Shown here in pieces: positions 43,794 to 53,762 of a stretch of DNA of 64,000 nucleotides; the first letter of the stretch is position 1; each line of letters begins with the position of its first letter. This DNA is from Planctomycetota bacterium (GTDB taxonomy: Bacteria; Planctomycetota; MHYJ01; WSZJ01), in the NCBI GenBank assembly GCA_038060895.1, contig JBBTCT010000016.1, positions 47,178-111,177 of the forward strand. Reading direction: 5' to 3'. The notes under the pieces were generated by a model. That model ran no database searches, was not told where the DNA came from, and was given only the letters and a program-made list of their open reading frames with translations. A program made the translations under genes and the position numbers.

Positions 43794-46175
43794 ATGAGCG
43801 ACACCCTCACTTCTCCGTCCGACATCATCCGCTCGCTCTCCGCGCCCGGGCTCGATCCGGAGGGCCAGAAGAAGCGCCTCGCCGATCTCGCCCGCACCGT
43901 CGCCGCGGACAAGGAGCGGCTGAAGCGCCTGGAGGACTCGCTTCACCAGCGCGAAGCCGAGATCCATCGCCGCGAGTCCGAGATCTCGAAGAAGGCGTCG
44001 CTCACGGCTCAGACCATCGGTAAGGCCGAAGACGCAGCGCTGGCGCAGCAGCGGGAACTGATCGCGAAAAAGGCGCAGGTGGAGGTGGAGAAGCGCCTGC
44101 ACGACATGTCGGCAAACAAGGCGCGCGAGGACATCAAGGCGCACGCGGGGAAAATCGAGGAGCAGTGGGCGTCGATCGAGCGCGACCGCGGGAAGGTGCA
44201 GAAGGCGTACGCGGAACTCGAAGCGGCGCGGGAAACTTATTATGCTGACCGGAAGGAGCTTGAGAAGCGCTTCAAGGAGTACCAGGACGGGAACGCGCAG
44301 CTCAGGCGGGCCGTCGAGGATCTGAACGTCAAGCAGCACCGGTACGTGAAGGACCGGGAGGCGTTCGAGGCGGAGGCGGCGTCGCGGCGGGCGGAGCTGG
44401 ACGCGGCGGAGAAGCGCGAGGCGGCGCGCGAGCAGCGCTTTGACGCAGCGCGTCAAGATTTCTCGGGGGCGGCGGAACGGGAGGAACGGCGCTTGGCCCA
44501 GGAACGCGAATCGGAGCGGTCGGAGCGCGAGAAGCTCGACGAGCTCAGGCGGCAGCTTGAGGCCGAGCGGGCGCTGCTTCGCGCCGAGAAGGCGAAGATC
44601 GAGGAGGAAAAGCGGCGGCTGGCGGCCGAGCGCGACCAGGGGGCCATGGCGCGGGAGCGCGCGGAAGCGGACGCGCTGGAGGCGGCGCTGAAGGCGCGGA
44701 GCACAGGGAAGCCCGCAGTGCCCGGGACGGCGCCCGCGCCGCGGCCCGCGGGCGCGGGACCGGTCATCGCTTCGCCTCTCGACGACGGCGCGACGCTGAC
44801 GCCGCCGCCGATGCCGAAGCCGGGGTTTCAACGCGGGGCCGGAGGGCTGCCCTCGACCGGTGCGCGGTCGCCGATGACGCCGCGGTTCGGGGCGCCGGCG
44901 GCGCAGGGGCGCGGCGGGCCGTCGCCGCGGCATCCTTCGAGCGCGAATCCTCAGCAGAGAGGGGGAAGCGGCGGGCCCGTGCCGCCGGGAGCGCCGCCGG
45001 CGCGGCACCAGTCGTCGGTCAATCCGCATCTGAGCCGGGGAAGTTCGCCGGTTCCGCCGCGGGCGGCGTCCGGAGTGCGTCCGCTGCCGGTTCCCAGGCC
45101 CGTCCTCGAGACGGCGGACGACATTCCCGTCGTTGCGCCGGAGTCCGCCAAGCCGGTCGCCCCGCCGCCCGTTCCGGCGAAGCCGGCCGGCGCGCGCGAC
45201 ACGCGCACCCTGTCCTACGACGAAGTTCTCGCCTCGCTTGAACCGCACGGCAATTCCGTCCCCAAGCTCGCTTCGGACCCCGGGCTTGTCGCGGCCGCAC
45301 CGCCTCCGGCTCCGCCCGCGGCGAAGGCCGTCGCGGCGCCCCTTGCCGTGCCGGCGCCGCCGCCGCCGGAAGAGGCCATCGCACCACCGCCTCCTCCGTC
45401 GTGGAAACCGGACGATGACGCCGACCTGATGGCGCAGCTTGAGAAGAGCCTGCAGACCGACGAAGAGAGTTCCGAGGCCGGGGACGCCGCGAAGGCCTTC
45501 GAGGCAGAGGCGCGGGCGGCCAGTGCGAAGGCGCCCGAGCACGTTCCGCCACCGGCGCCGGTTGCCGCTTCGCCGCCGCCGATGCCTGAGGTCAAGCCCG
45601 ACGTTCAGATTCCCGCTCCGCCTGCGGCGGAGTCGATTCCGGTCGTGGCGCCCGTTGCGGAATCGGCCGTCGTGGAGAACGCCGCCGCCGCTTCCGCGCC
45701 GCCTGAACAAGAACCCGCCGAGCAGGCGCTTGACGAGCCCGAAATCGACGAGGACCTGTGGCGCGCCGTCGCGGACGACGAGCCGGAGGAACTCTCGGAG
45801 GAGGCGAATCCCGAGCCTGAAGAAATCGCCCCGGTGGACGAAGAGCCCGAGGAAATCGAGCCGATGGAAGTGACGCCGATCCAGGACAAGCCGGTCAAGC
45901 CCCGTCCTGCGGCTCTTCGTCGCGACCCGGTGACCCGCCGGCTCGTGCGCGGTCCGACACCGGGGGGAGCCGGCACGCGCCGGGTCCTGCGACGCCCGCC
46001 TCCGCCTCCGCCGCAGGCCATGCGGCCGAAGAAGCCCACGTCCGGCGTGATCGGCATCCGGGTCACGGGTGTCGATGGCGTCGAGGACGCAGAACCAGTT
46101 GAAGACGACGAGGAACCGCCGACCGGCCCGCCGCTGAAAGCGCCTCCCGGCCCAAGGCCGCCTGTCCGCAGGTAG
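43794..46175 (+). CDS. Hypothetical protein: ~300-aa coiled coil, Pro/Ala-rich disordered region, acidic and basic tail
   Basis: Long ORF with consistent codon bias; E/K/R/A heptad-rich N-terminus; low-complexity C-terminus. Confidence 0.8.
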   Translation: MSDTLTSPSDIIRSLSAPGLDPEGQKKRLADLARTVAADKERLKRLEDSLHQREAEIHRRESEISKKASLTAQTIGKAEDAALAQQRELIAKKAQVEVEKRLHDMSANKAREDIKAHAGKIEEQWASIERDRGKVQKAYAELEAARETYYADRKELEKRFKEYQDGNAQLRRAVEDLNVKQHRYVKDREAFEAEAASRRAELDAAEKREAAREQRFDAARQDFSGAAEREERRLAQERESERSEREKLDELRRQLEAERALLRAEKAKIEEEKRRLAAERDQGAMARERAEADALEAALKARSTGKPAVPGTAPAPRPAGAGPVIASPLDDGATLTPPPMPKPGFQRGAGGLPSTGARSPMTPRFGAPAAQGRGGPSPRHPSSANPQQRGGSGGPVPPGAPPARHQSSVNPHLSRGSSPVPPRAASGVRPLPVPRPVLETADDIPVVAPESAKPVAPPPVPAKPAGARDTRTLSYDEVLASLEPHGNSVPKLASDPGLVAAAPPPAPPAAKAVAAPLAVPAPPPPEEAIAPPPPPSWKPDDDADLMAQLEKSLQTDEESSEAGDAAKAFEAEARAASAKAPEHVPPPAPVAASPPPMPEVKPDVQIPAPPAAESIPVVAPVAESAVVENAAAASAPPEQEPAEQALDEPEIDEDLWRAVADDEPEELSEEANPEPEEIAPVDEEPEEIEPMEVTPIQDKPVKPRPAALRRDPVTRRLVRGPTPGGAGTRRVLRRPPPPPPQAMRPKKPTSGVIGIRVTGVDGVEDAEPVEDDEEPPTGPPLKAPPGPRPPVRR

Positions 46176-46241
46176 CGCACCGGCGGCATTTCACTCCCCC
46201 TCATTGCCGCTTCCGTTCCCCCCTGCTATAACGCTTTCCCC

Positions 46242-46973
46242 GTGAACGAAACCACTCCCGCGATCGAAGCCCAGGGCCTCACCAAGCTCTACCGCGACTA
46301 CTACGCGATTCGCGACGTGACCTTCAGCGTGCCGCGCGGCCAGATCGCCGCCTTCCTTGGTCCCAACGGCGCCGGCAAGTCCACGACGATGCGCATCCTC
46401 ACGGGCTTCATGTCGCCGACGTCCGGGACCGCGCGCATCTGCGGGTTCGACGTCGCGACCGAACGTCTCAAGGCCGCGGTGAACCTCGGCTATCTGCCCG
46501 AAAACGGGCCGCTTTACCTCGAGATGACGCCGCGCGCCCTTCTGAAGTATTTCGGAAGCGCACGCGGGATGACCACCGAGAAAATCCTGGCGCGCACCGA
46601 ATTCGTCGTCGACAAGTGCGGGCTCGGCAGCGTCCTGGACAAGCCGATCCGCAAGCTCTCACGCGGCTACCGGCAGCGCGTCGGCATGGCGCAGGTGATG
46701 CTGCACGAGCCGGAAGTGCTGATCATGGACGAACCGACAAGCGGGCTTGACCCGAACCAGATCCGCGAAGTGCGCAAGACGATCCGGGAATTCGCTTCGA
46801 CGAAGACGGTCCTGCTCTCGACGCACATCCTGCAGGAGGTCGAGGCGATGGCCGACCGCGTGATCTTCATCCACGAAGGCCGCATCGTTTTTGATGGGCC
46901 GACCGCGGACATGAAGAAGGAGCAGGCCAGCCTGGAAGCGTTCTTCCATTCCAGGACGGGGGTCCCCGTCTGA
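46242..46973 (+). CDS. ABC transporter ATP-binding protein (GldA-like)
   Basis: GPNGAGKSTT, LSRGYRQRVG, MDEPTSGLDPNQI, STHIL. Confidence 0.93.
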   Translation: MNETTPAIEAQGLTKLYRDYYAIRDVTFSVPRGQIAAFLGPNGAGKSTTMRILTGFMSPTSGTARICGFDVATERLKAAVNLGYLPENGPLYLEMTPRALLKYFGSARGMTTEKILARTEFVVDKCGLGSVLDKPIRKLSRGYRQRVGMAQVMLHEPEVLIMDEPTSGLDPNQIREVRKTIREFASTKTVLLSTHILQEVEAMADRVIFIHEGRIVFDGPTADMKKEQASLEAFFHSRTGVPV

Positions 46974-49684
46974 TGCGCCTGAGCGTCATCTTTGCCGTCC
47001 TGCGCCGCGACTTCGTGGGGTATTTCACGAGCCTCACGGGGTACGTGTTCATCACGCTCTTCATCGGCATGTGCTCGTTCCTGCAGTTCTGGCAGGACGA
47101 CTTTTTCAAGAACAACCTCGCGAACCTCGCGATGCTCAACGAGTTGTACCCGGTGCTGATGCTCTTCATTGTGCCGGCGATCACGATGAGCGCCTGGGCG
47201 GACGAACGGCGCCAGGGCGTGGACGAACTGCTCCTGACTCTTCCGATCACCGATTTCGAGCTCGTGGCTGGCAAATACCTGGGCGCGCTCTCCATCTATA
47301 CGGTCTCGCTGGGTTTCTCGCTGACGCTCCTGGGGTTCCTCGCGTGGCTGGGCCGGCCCGACGCGGGGCTGATTTTCGCGAACTACTACGCTTACTGGCT
47401 GCTGGGCGCGGCGCTTCTGGCGATCGGGATGGTGGGCTCGGTGCTGACCGACAACCTCACTGTCGGGTTCATCCTCGGCTCCGTGCTCTGCGCGGTCCCT
47501 GTTTTCATCGAGCGCGCCGGGCGGTTGCTGGGCGGAATTCTCGAAAAGTGGTGCGAGGTGCTCGGCGCGACGCCGAAGTTCGAGGAGATGACCCGCGGCG
47601 TCGTCCCGGTTTCGGCGGTCCTGTACTTCATCGTGGTCGCCGGCGTCTTCTTCTACATTAATCTTGTCCTCGTCGGCCGGCGCCGCTGGCCCTCGCAGTC
47701 GTTCAGCGCCGGCGGTTTTGACATCCGGATCTACCCGGCCCACCTCGGGCTTCGCGCGGCGGCAGCCCTCATCGCGGGAATCAGCCTGGTCACGCTGATC
47801 TCGCGGGCCCACCTGCGCGCGGACTGCACGGCCGAAGGGCTCCACTCTCTCTCGAAAACAACCCGCGACATCGTCGAGAAGATCGACCCCGGAAACCCCG
47901 TCTTCATCCAGGCGTTCGTCAGCCGCAAGGTCCCGCGCTCGTACGTCGAGACGCGCGAAAACCTCCTCAATCTTCTCCGCGAGTACGCCGCGATCGGCGG
48001 GGATCGCGTCCGCCTCAACATCGTCGAGGCCGAGAAATACACGGAATCCGCCCGCGAGGCCGAGGATCGCTTCGGCATCCGGCCCATCCAGCTCACGCAG
48101 GAATCCGGCGGCCGCTCCGAAACCACCGACGTCTTCCTCGGGGTCGCCGTCACGTGCGGCGCCGACGAAGTCGTCACGCCCTTCTTCTTCCGCGGACTCC
48201 CGATCGAGTACGAACTCACCCGCTCCATCCGTGTCGCCTCGCGCCCGGTCAAGGCCGGTACCGCCAGCGCGAAAGGAAACCGCCTGAAGGTCGGCATCCT
48301 CGAGACCGACCTGAAGCCGTTCGGCGGCTTCGACATCCAGACCATGCAGCAGCAGCCGGTGTGGGAACTGGTGGAGGAGCTGAAGCGCCAGTACGAAGTC
48401 GTCAACGTCCCCGTCGGCGGGGGACAGTTTGGTGGCGCGCCGACGTCCTTTCCGGACGACCTCGCCGTCCTCATCGCGCTTCAGCCGTCCTCGCTCACCG
48501 AGCCGCAGATGAACGAGCTCGCTCTCTGGATCAAACGCGGCAAGCCGACGCTTCTCCTCGACGATCCGATGCCGTGGTCGTACCAGGGAAGCCCCGCGAG
48601 CGAAAAACAGAAGGGCGGCAACAAGAATCCCTTCAACCAGGGTGGCCAGCAGCCCGAGGCGAAGGGGAACGTGAACGACATCATGATGCTCTGCGGCGTG
48701 AGGTGGGACACGTCGGAGATCGCCTGGGACACCTACAACCCGCATCCGGACTACGCCACGCTCGACCCCGAGTTTATCTTTACGGGCGCAGGGAACGGCG
48801 CGAAGTCGGCGTTCAACGCGAACGAGCTGACGACGGCGGGGCTCCAGGAAATCGTCTCGATCTTCCCGGGATGCGTCGAGCCGCGCGGCACGCCGGGTGT
48901 GAACTACATCCCGCTGCTCTCGACGGGCAAGAACTCCGGCATCCTGCGCTTCGACGAAATCATGGAGCGGAGCTTCATGGGTTCGCGGATGAAGCCCGAC
49001 CGCCGCCATGTCCCCGGCGGCCGCGAGCTGACGCTGGCCGCGCGCTGCTCCGGGACCGTCAACGTCATCTTCGTCGCGGACGTCGATTTCATCTCGCAGG
49101 CGTTCTTCAACATCCGCCGCGAGAACCGCGAGACGCTCGAGCTCGACAACGTCACGTTCTTCCTCAACTGCGTGGACCAGCTCGCGGGCGACGAGTCGTT
49201 CATCGAGCTGCGCAAGCGCCGCCGCAAGCACCGCACGCTCGACCGGCTCGAAGCGAAGGAACGCCTGTTCGACGAACAGCGTCTCAAGGACGTGAAGAGC
49301 GCGACCGACGCCGCCGAGAAGCAGCTCAAGGACGCCAACGACCGGCTGAAGGCGGCGGTCGAGGAGATCGACAAGCGCACGGACCTCGACGACGAGACGA
49401 AGCGGCAGATGCTGGACATGAAACGGCGCGCCGAGCAGACGCGCGTGGACGAGGAGTCGAAGCGGATCGCGGACGAGAAGGGGCGGGCGATCGAGAAGGG
49501 GCGGGCGTGGGCCAACACGGAAATCAAGGCGATCCAGAAGCGGATCCGCTGGATGAGCACGCTATTGCCGCCGATCCCGCCGCTCGTGATCGGGCTGATT
49601 ATCTTTTTCGTCCGGGCCGCGCGGGAGCGCGGACGCGCTCGAGGGGACCGTTGGGTCGGGGGAAAGTCAGGAGTTGATCCATGA
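46973..49684 (+). CDS. ABC-2 permease fused to a GldG-like auxiliary domain
   Basis: Six-TM permease 'PAITMSAWADERRQG..ELLLTLP'; GldG-like 'DCTAEGLHSLS..T', 'EYELTRSI', 'NVTFFLNCVD.L'; coiled coil and C-terminal TM helix. Confidence 0.9.
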   Translation: MRLSVIFAVLRRDFVGYFTSLTGYVFITLFIGMCSFLQFWQDDFFKNNLANLAMLNELYPVLMLFIVPAITMSAWADERRQGVDELLLTLPITDFELVAGKYLGALSIYTVSLGFSLTLLGFLAWLGRPDAGLIFANYYAYWLLGAALLAIGMVGSVLTDNLTVGFILGSVLCAVPVFIERAGRLLGGILEKWCEVLGATPKFEEMTRGVVPVSAVLYFIVVAGVFFYINLVLVGRRRWPSQSFSAGGFDIRIYPAHLGLRAAAALIAGISLVTLISRAHLRADCTAEGLHSLSKTTRDIVEKIDPGNPVFIQAFVSRKVPRSYVETRENLLNLLREYAAIGGDRVRLNIVEAEKYTESAREAEDRFGIRPIQLTQESGGRSETTDVFLGVAVTCGADEVVTPFFFRGLPIEYELTRSIRVASRPVKAGTASAKGNRLKVGILETDLKPFGGFDIQTMQQQPVWELVEELKRQYEVVNVPVGGGQFGGAPTSFPDDLAVLIALQPSSLTEPQMNELALWIKRGKPTLLLDDPMPWSYQGSPASEKQKGGNKNPFNQGGQQPEAKGNVNDIMMLCGVRWDTSEIAWDTYNPHPDYATLDPEFIFTGAGNGAKSAFNANELTTAGLQEIVSIFPGCVEPRGTPGVNYIPLLSTGKNSGILRFDEIMERSFMGSRMKPDRRHVPGGRELTLAARCSGTVNVIFVADVDFISQAFFNIRRENRETLELDNVTFFLNCVDQLAGDESFIELRKRRRKHRTLDRLEAKERLFDEQRLKDVKSATDAAEKQLKDANDRLKAAVEEIDKRTDLDDETKRQMLDMKRRAEQTRVDEESKRIADEKGRAIEKGRAWANTEIKAIQKRIRWMSTLLPPIPPLVIGLIIFFVRAARERGRARGDRWVGGKSGVDP

Positions 49685-51180
49685 ACGATTTTGCGAAGAC
49701 AGGGATTGCCGCCGCGGCCGCCGTCGTGCTCGCGTCCGTCGCTGCGTTCACGGCGCCCGGCGCTGTCAAGTCCGACGTGTTTTCCGAGCAGGGGCAGCCC
49801 TTCTTCCCGGAATTCAAAGACCCCCTGGCCGCGACGTCCCTTCAGGTCGTCGAGTACGACACCACTACCTCCACCCCTGCCATTTTCAAAGTCGAGTTCA
49901 AGAGCGGAAAGTGGAAGATTCCGTCGCACCACGATTATCCGGCAGACGGCAAAGACCGGCTGGCGCGGACGGCGACGAGCCTGCTGGGCGTTCGCAAGGA
50001 CAAGCTCCAGAGCGTGCGCAAGGAAGACCACGCGGCGTGCGGCGTGCTGGACCCCGAGGAATCCGGCGGCGACGGAAAGGACCGAGGACGGCGCGTGACG
50101 CTGCGCGATGCGGGAGGGGCGGCGCTGGCGGACCTGATCATCGGGAAAAAGGCGGACGACGACGGGAAGAAGGTTTTCGTGCGCGTCCCCGGCCAGACCC
50201 GGGTCTACGCGGTGCGGCTGGATGTTGACCTCTCGACGAAATTCGGCGACTGGATCGAGACGGACCTGTCGAAGATCGAGCCGTCCACGGTGTGGCGCAT
50301 CACGCTCGACAACTACTCGGTCGTGGAAAACGCCGGCATGCTCCAGCTCACCGAGGAGAAGATCGACACGTTCTCAAAGCCGGGCGAGGAGTGGGCGACC
50401 GAAGGCCTCACGGCGGAAGAAGAAGTCGACGTCAAGGTCATCGGCGACATCACCGGGACAATCGACGACCTCAAAATCCTCGGCGTCCGCCGCAAGTCGG
50501 CGGCCATGTCGGCGATCTTCCGCGGCGAAGGCGGCAAGATCACGAACGCGGACGTGATGGACCTGAAGGACAAGGGCTTCCTCTGGACCCGCGATGACCT
50601 CCTCTCGAAGGAAGGCAACCTGATCATCGAATGCGACGACGGCGTCGTGTACGAGATCCGCTTCGGGGCCGTCTTCACCGGAACCGGCATCGAAATGGAA
50701 GCCGGCGGGGACGGCAAGAAGGAGGAGAAGAAGGACGAGAAGGACCCCAAGCCGCCGGTCGCCACGGAGTCCCGCTACCTCATGATCGTGGCGCACTTCA
50801 ACCGGAAGTCCGTCAAGCCCGAGAAGATGGTCGATCCGCCGAAGTCGCCGTCTCGCGTGAGTTCGCGGCCGTGGAGCGTCTGGCGAATTCAGCAGGAAGA
50901 AGAAGAGCGCCGCAAGGAGTTCGACCGCCAGGCGGCCGAGCATGCCATCGCAAATGCCGAGGCCGGGAAACGCTTTGACGAACGCGCAAAGGCCGGCGAG
51001 AAGCGCGCGAAGCAGCTCGCGGACCGTTTCGGCGACTGGTACTACGTGATCGGTGCGGAGGCGTTCGCGAAGCTCCACGTGAAGCGGAGCGACGTGGTGA
51101 AGAGCAAGAAGGAGCCGGTGGGACCGAAGGGGCCGCCGGAGGAAGATCCTGAAAACCACGAAGGTCACGATCACAAGTAA
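49681..51180 (+). CDS. DUF4340-like membrane-anchored protein of the Gld-like ABC operon
   Basis: N-terminal anchor; 'WKIPSHHDYPAD', 'LADLIIGK...FVRVPGQTRVY'; typical third gene of such operons. Confidence 0.8.
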   Translation: MNDFAKTGIAAAAAVVLASVAAFTAPGAVKSDVFSEQGQPFFPEFKDPLAATSLQVVEYDTTTSTPAIFKVEFKSGKWKIPSHHDYPADGKDRLARTATSLLGVRKDKLQSVRKEDHAACGVLDPEESGGDGKDRGRRVTLRDAGGAALADLIIGKKADDDGKKVFVRVPGQTRVYAVRLDVDLSTKFGDWIETDLSKIEPSTVWRITLDNYSVVENAGMLQLTEEKIDTFSKPGEEWATEGLTAEEEVDVKVIGDITGTIDDLKILGVRRKSAAMSAIFRGEGGKITNADVMDLKDKGFLWTRDDLLSKEGNLIIECDDGVVYEIRFGAVFTGTGIEMEAGGDGKKEEKKDEKDPKPPVATESRYLMIVAHFNRKSVKPEKMVDPPKSPSRVSSRPWSVWRIQQEEEERRKEFDRQAAEHAIANAEAGKRFDERAKAGEKRAKQLADRFGDWYYVIGAEAFAKLHVKRSDVVKSKKEPVGPKGPPEEDPENHEGHDHK

Positions 51181-52237
51181 GCGGCTGCGGGTTGCCGCGG
51201 GCGTTCTTCTCGCGGTGGCCGCCGGCTGTTCGCCGGGCTACGTGCTGCAGCAGGCCGCCGGGCAACTCAAGCTGCTGGCTTCGCGCCGGCCGATCGAGGA
51301 GGTCCTCGCCGATCCCGCGACGCCGGCCGGGGCGCGCGAGCGCCTGATCCTCATCCGCGAGGCGCGTGCGTGGGGCGAGCGCGAGTTCGGGCTCAAGCAC
51401 ACGGATTCGTACGAAAGCTATGTGGATCTCAAGGGCCGTCCGGTCTCCTGGCTGGTGACGGCGTGTCCGCCCGACTCGCTCAAGCCGGAGTCGTGGTGGT
51501 TCCCGGTCGTCGGCCGCGTGCCATACCTCGGCTTCTTCGACCTCGACGACGCGCGCGCCGAAAAGGAAGCCCTGGAGGCGAAGGGACTCGACGTCAATGT
51601 CCGCTCGGTCCCGGCGTACAGCACGCTGGGGTGGTTCTCCGACCCGGTTTTTTCCACCTTCGTACAGTGGCCCGTGCACACGGCGGTCGACACCATCTTC
51701 CACGAGACGACGCACGCCACCGTGTGGATCCCCGGCAGCGTTTCGACCAACGAAGCCCTGGCCGACGTCGTCGGAGAACAGGGCGCCCGGAAATTCCTCG
51801 CCGTGCGCTTCGGACCGGACTCGCCGGAACTCGCCGCCTTCGAGTCGTCCCAGTCGGAAAGCAACCGTTTCCACGTCTTCGCCCTCGAGCTGAATGCCGC
51901 GCTGAAGGAGGCCTACGCTCTCGACCTTCCCCGCGCGGAGAAGCTCGAAATGAAGGCCGCGATCCTGCGCCGGGGCCGTGAGCGCTTCCGCACCTTTCGC
52001 GACCGCTTCACCAGCCGTTACTACCGCGAGTTCGACCGGCTCGAATGGAACAATGCGCTCATCGCTTCGATCGCGGTGTACCGGGAAGAGGAAGCGACGT
52101 GGCGGGCTCTTTTCGACCTGAAGGGAGGCGACCTGCGTGCGTTTCTCGACGCGGCCAAAGCGATCGCAGCGGCCCCCGACCCGGAGGCGGCCCTGAAAAT
52201 TGCGACCGGGCGCGCCGAACAAATCGTTCCGCGTTGA
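51149..52237 (+). CDS. Putative zinc aminopeptidase lipoprotein (DUF2265-like); probable CTG start at 51149 (first canonical start is GTG 51215)
   Basis: 'WWFPVVGRVPYLGFF', 'AYSTLGWFSDP', HETTH..NEALA zincin motif. The lipobox VAAGC needs the hydrophobic stretch that lies upstream of 51215. Confidence 0.8.
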   Translation: MKTTKVTITSKRLRVAAGVLLAVAAGCSPGYVLQQAAGQLKLLASRRPIEEVLADPATPAGARERLILIREARAWGEREFGLKHTDSYESYVDLKGRPVSWLVTACPPDSLKPESWWFPVVGRVPYLGFFDLDDARAEKEALEAKGLDVNVRSVPAYSTLGWFSDPVFSTFVQWPVHTAVDTIFHETTHATVWIPGSVSTNEALADVVGEQGARKFLAVRFGPDSPELAAFESSQSESNRFHVFALELNAALKEAYALDLPRAEKLEMKAAILRRGRERFRTFRDRFTSRYYREFDRLEWNNALIASIAVYREEEATWRALFDLKGGDLRAFLDAAKAIAAAPDPEAALKIATGRAEQIVPR

Positions 52238-52292
52238 TTTCGCGTGTTGCGACCTGCGCGAGCAATTCCCGGAATCAAGGCGTGTCGAACCA

Positions 52293-53396
52293 CTACCCGG
52301 GCTTCCGGCCCACCTGCACGCCTGTCATTCCTCCGTCCCCGGTTGGTCTCTTCCAGACCTGCGTCTGCACGCGTTTGTCCATGTCGCCCAGCGACTCGAC
52401 GAACGCGGGAGGAATCGTCTTGCGGAAGTACCACGCCAGCACGAAACCTGCGGACAGGAGGAGGATCAGCAGCACCGGGTAGCTCCAGACCCACTCCAGC
52501 TCTGGCATGTGCTTGAAGTTCATGCCGTAGACGCCGGTGATGAGCGTCAGCGGCATGAAGATCGTGGTGAAGCGGGTCAGTTTTTCCATCACCCGGTTCA
52601 TTCTGTTCGAAATTTCCGCGAGCCGGTTCGCGCCCATGGCGGCGTGTCCCTCGAACGCGCTCGTCAGCAGTTCGCGGTGAATGTCGAGTTCCGTGAGAAT
52701 CCAGTAGAGCTCGTCATGGGTCCCGCGCAGATGAAGGGCGGTCGCTCCGCCAGCGAGCCTGAATTCCTCCTTCGCGAGCCGGTGGATCACCTCGCGTTGC
52801 GGGACGAGGGTGCGTCGAAGAGCCACGACGGTGCGCCGGAGGGCGAGGATTCTGCCGAACGGGTCCGACTCCTTCCGGTTCTCGAGCATCGCGGTCTCGA
52901 GCACGTCGATTTCCTTCTCGAGGAATTCGATCATCGGAAAATAGCGGCTCGTGATGACTTCGACGATCGCGGCCATGAGCCGGCCCGGGCCTTCCTGGAT
53001 CAGGTGCTCGCTGTTCTGCAGCTTGACCTGGACCTCATCGACGCTCGTGGACGAATCCTGGCGAACGGTGACGAGCCAGTTCTTCGCGAGAAGGAAGTCG
53101 ATCTCGCGCAGGTTCATCGCGCGGCTTTCCTCGTCGAACTGGACCCGGTGCAGCACGACGAGCAGATATTCGCCAAACGTCTCGACCTTGGGCAGGGGGG
53201 TGAAGTCCCTGCACTCGTCCACGGCGGTCGGGTGAACGCCGAACGGCTTTCGCAACAGGCCGATCTCCGAGGGTGTCGCCGACTCCATGTCCACCCAGAG
53301 AACGGCGTCCTCGCGGGCGATGATTTCCGCGAACTTTTCGCGCGGCGGGTCCTTGATGAGGCCGCTTCCCGGGATCCAGGCGAAGGCTTTCAGCAC
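52293..53396 (-). CDS. corA: Magnesium transporter CorA family
   Basis: 'FMPLTLITGVYGMNF..MPEL.W' signature. Confidence 0.95.
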   Translation of the reverse strand: MLKAFAWIPGSGLIKDPPREKFAEIIAREDAVLWVDMESATPSEIGLLRKPFGVHPTAVDECRDFTPLPKVETFGEYLLVVLHRVQFDEESRAMNLREIDFLLAKNWLVTVRQDSSTSVDEVQVKLQNSEHLIQEGPGRLMAAIVEVITSRYFPMIEFLEKEIDVLETAMLENRKESDPFGRILALRRTVVALRRTLVPQREVIHRLAKEEFRLAGGATALHLRGTHDELYWILTELDIHRELLTSAFEGHAAMGANRLAEISNRMNRVMEKLTRFTTIFMPLTLITGVYGMNFKHMPELEWVWSYPVLLILLLSAGFVLAWYFRKTIPPAFVESLGDMDKRVQTQVWKRPTGDGGMTGVQVGRKPG

Positions 53397-53531
53397 ATGT
53401 CTTCTTCGACCCCCGATGCGCTTCGGCTTGAACCTGTGGGGGGTGCGGGGCGATGAAGCTGGACCGGCGCCTTTTCGCGTGTTCGCGACATGTTAGGCCT
53501 GGCTGGATGACGAGGGACCCGGATAAAACCC

Positions 53532-53560
53532 TTGACGGTCCCGGCACTCATCGCAATAAT
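53532..53560 (+). promoter_or_regulatory. Sigma70-type promoter of the tRNA-Thr-tuf operon
   Basis: TTGACG-N17-AATAAT. Confidence 0.65.
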
Positions 53561-53643
53561 CCCGCTCCCTTTTGGTGCCGGAACAAGGGGATGACCGCTT
53601 CGCCTCTCGCCCTGGGCGAGAGGTGTTTTGTTGTCGTTGACGG

Positions 53644-53716
<73 letters not shown>

Positions 53717-53762
53717 TTACCGGGTTCGAGTGGCAATTTTCAAGGTCAAAAGGAGAACTTCG

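Noticed and set aside
46242-51180. Gld-like ABC operon as evidence of gliding motility
   Set aside because: The ATPase/permease-GldG/DUF4340 triad is widespread in non-gliding bacteria, and no other motility genes are present here
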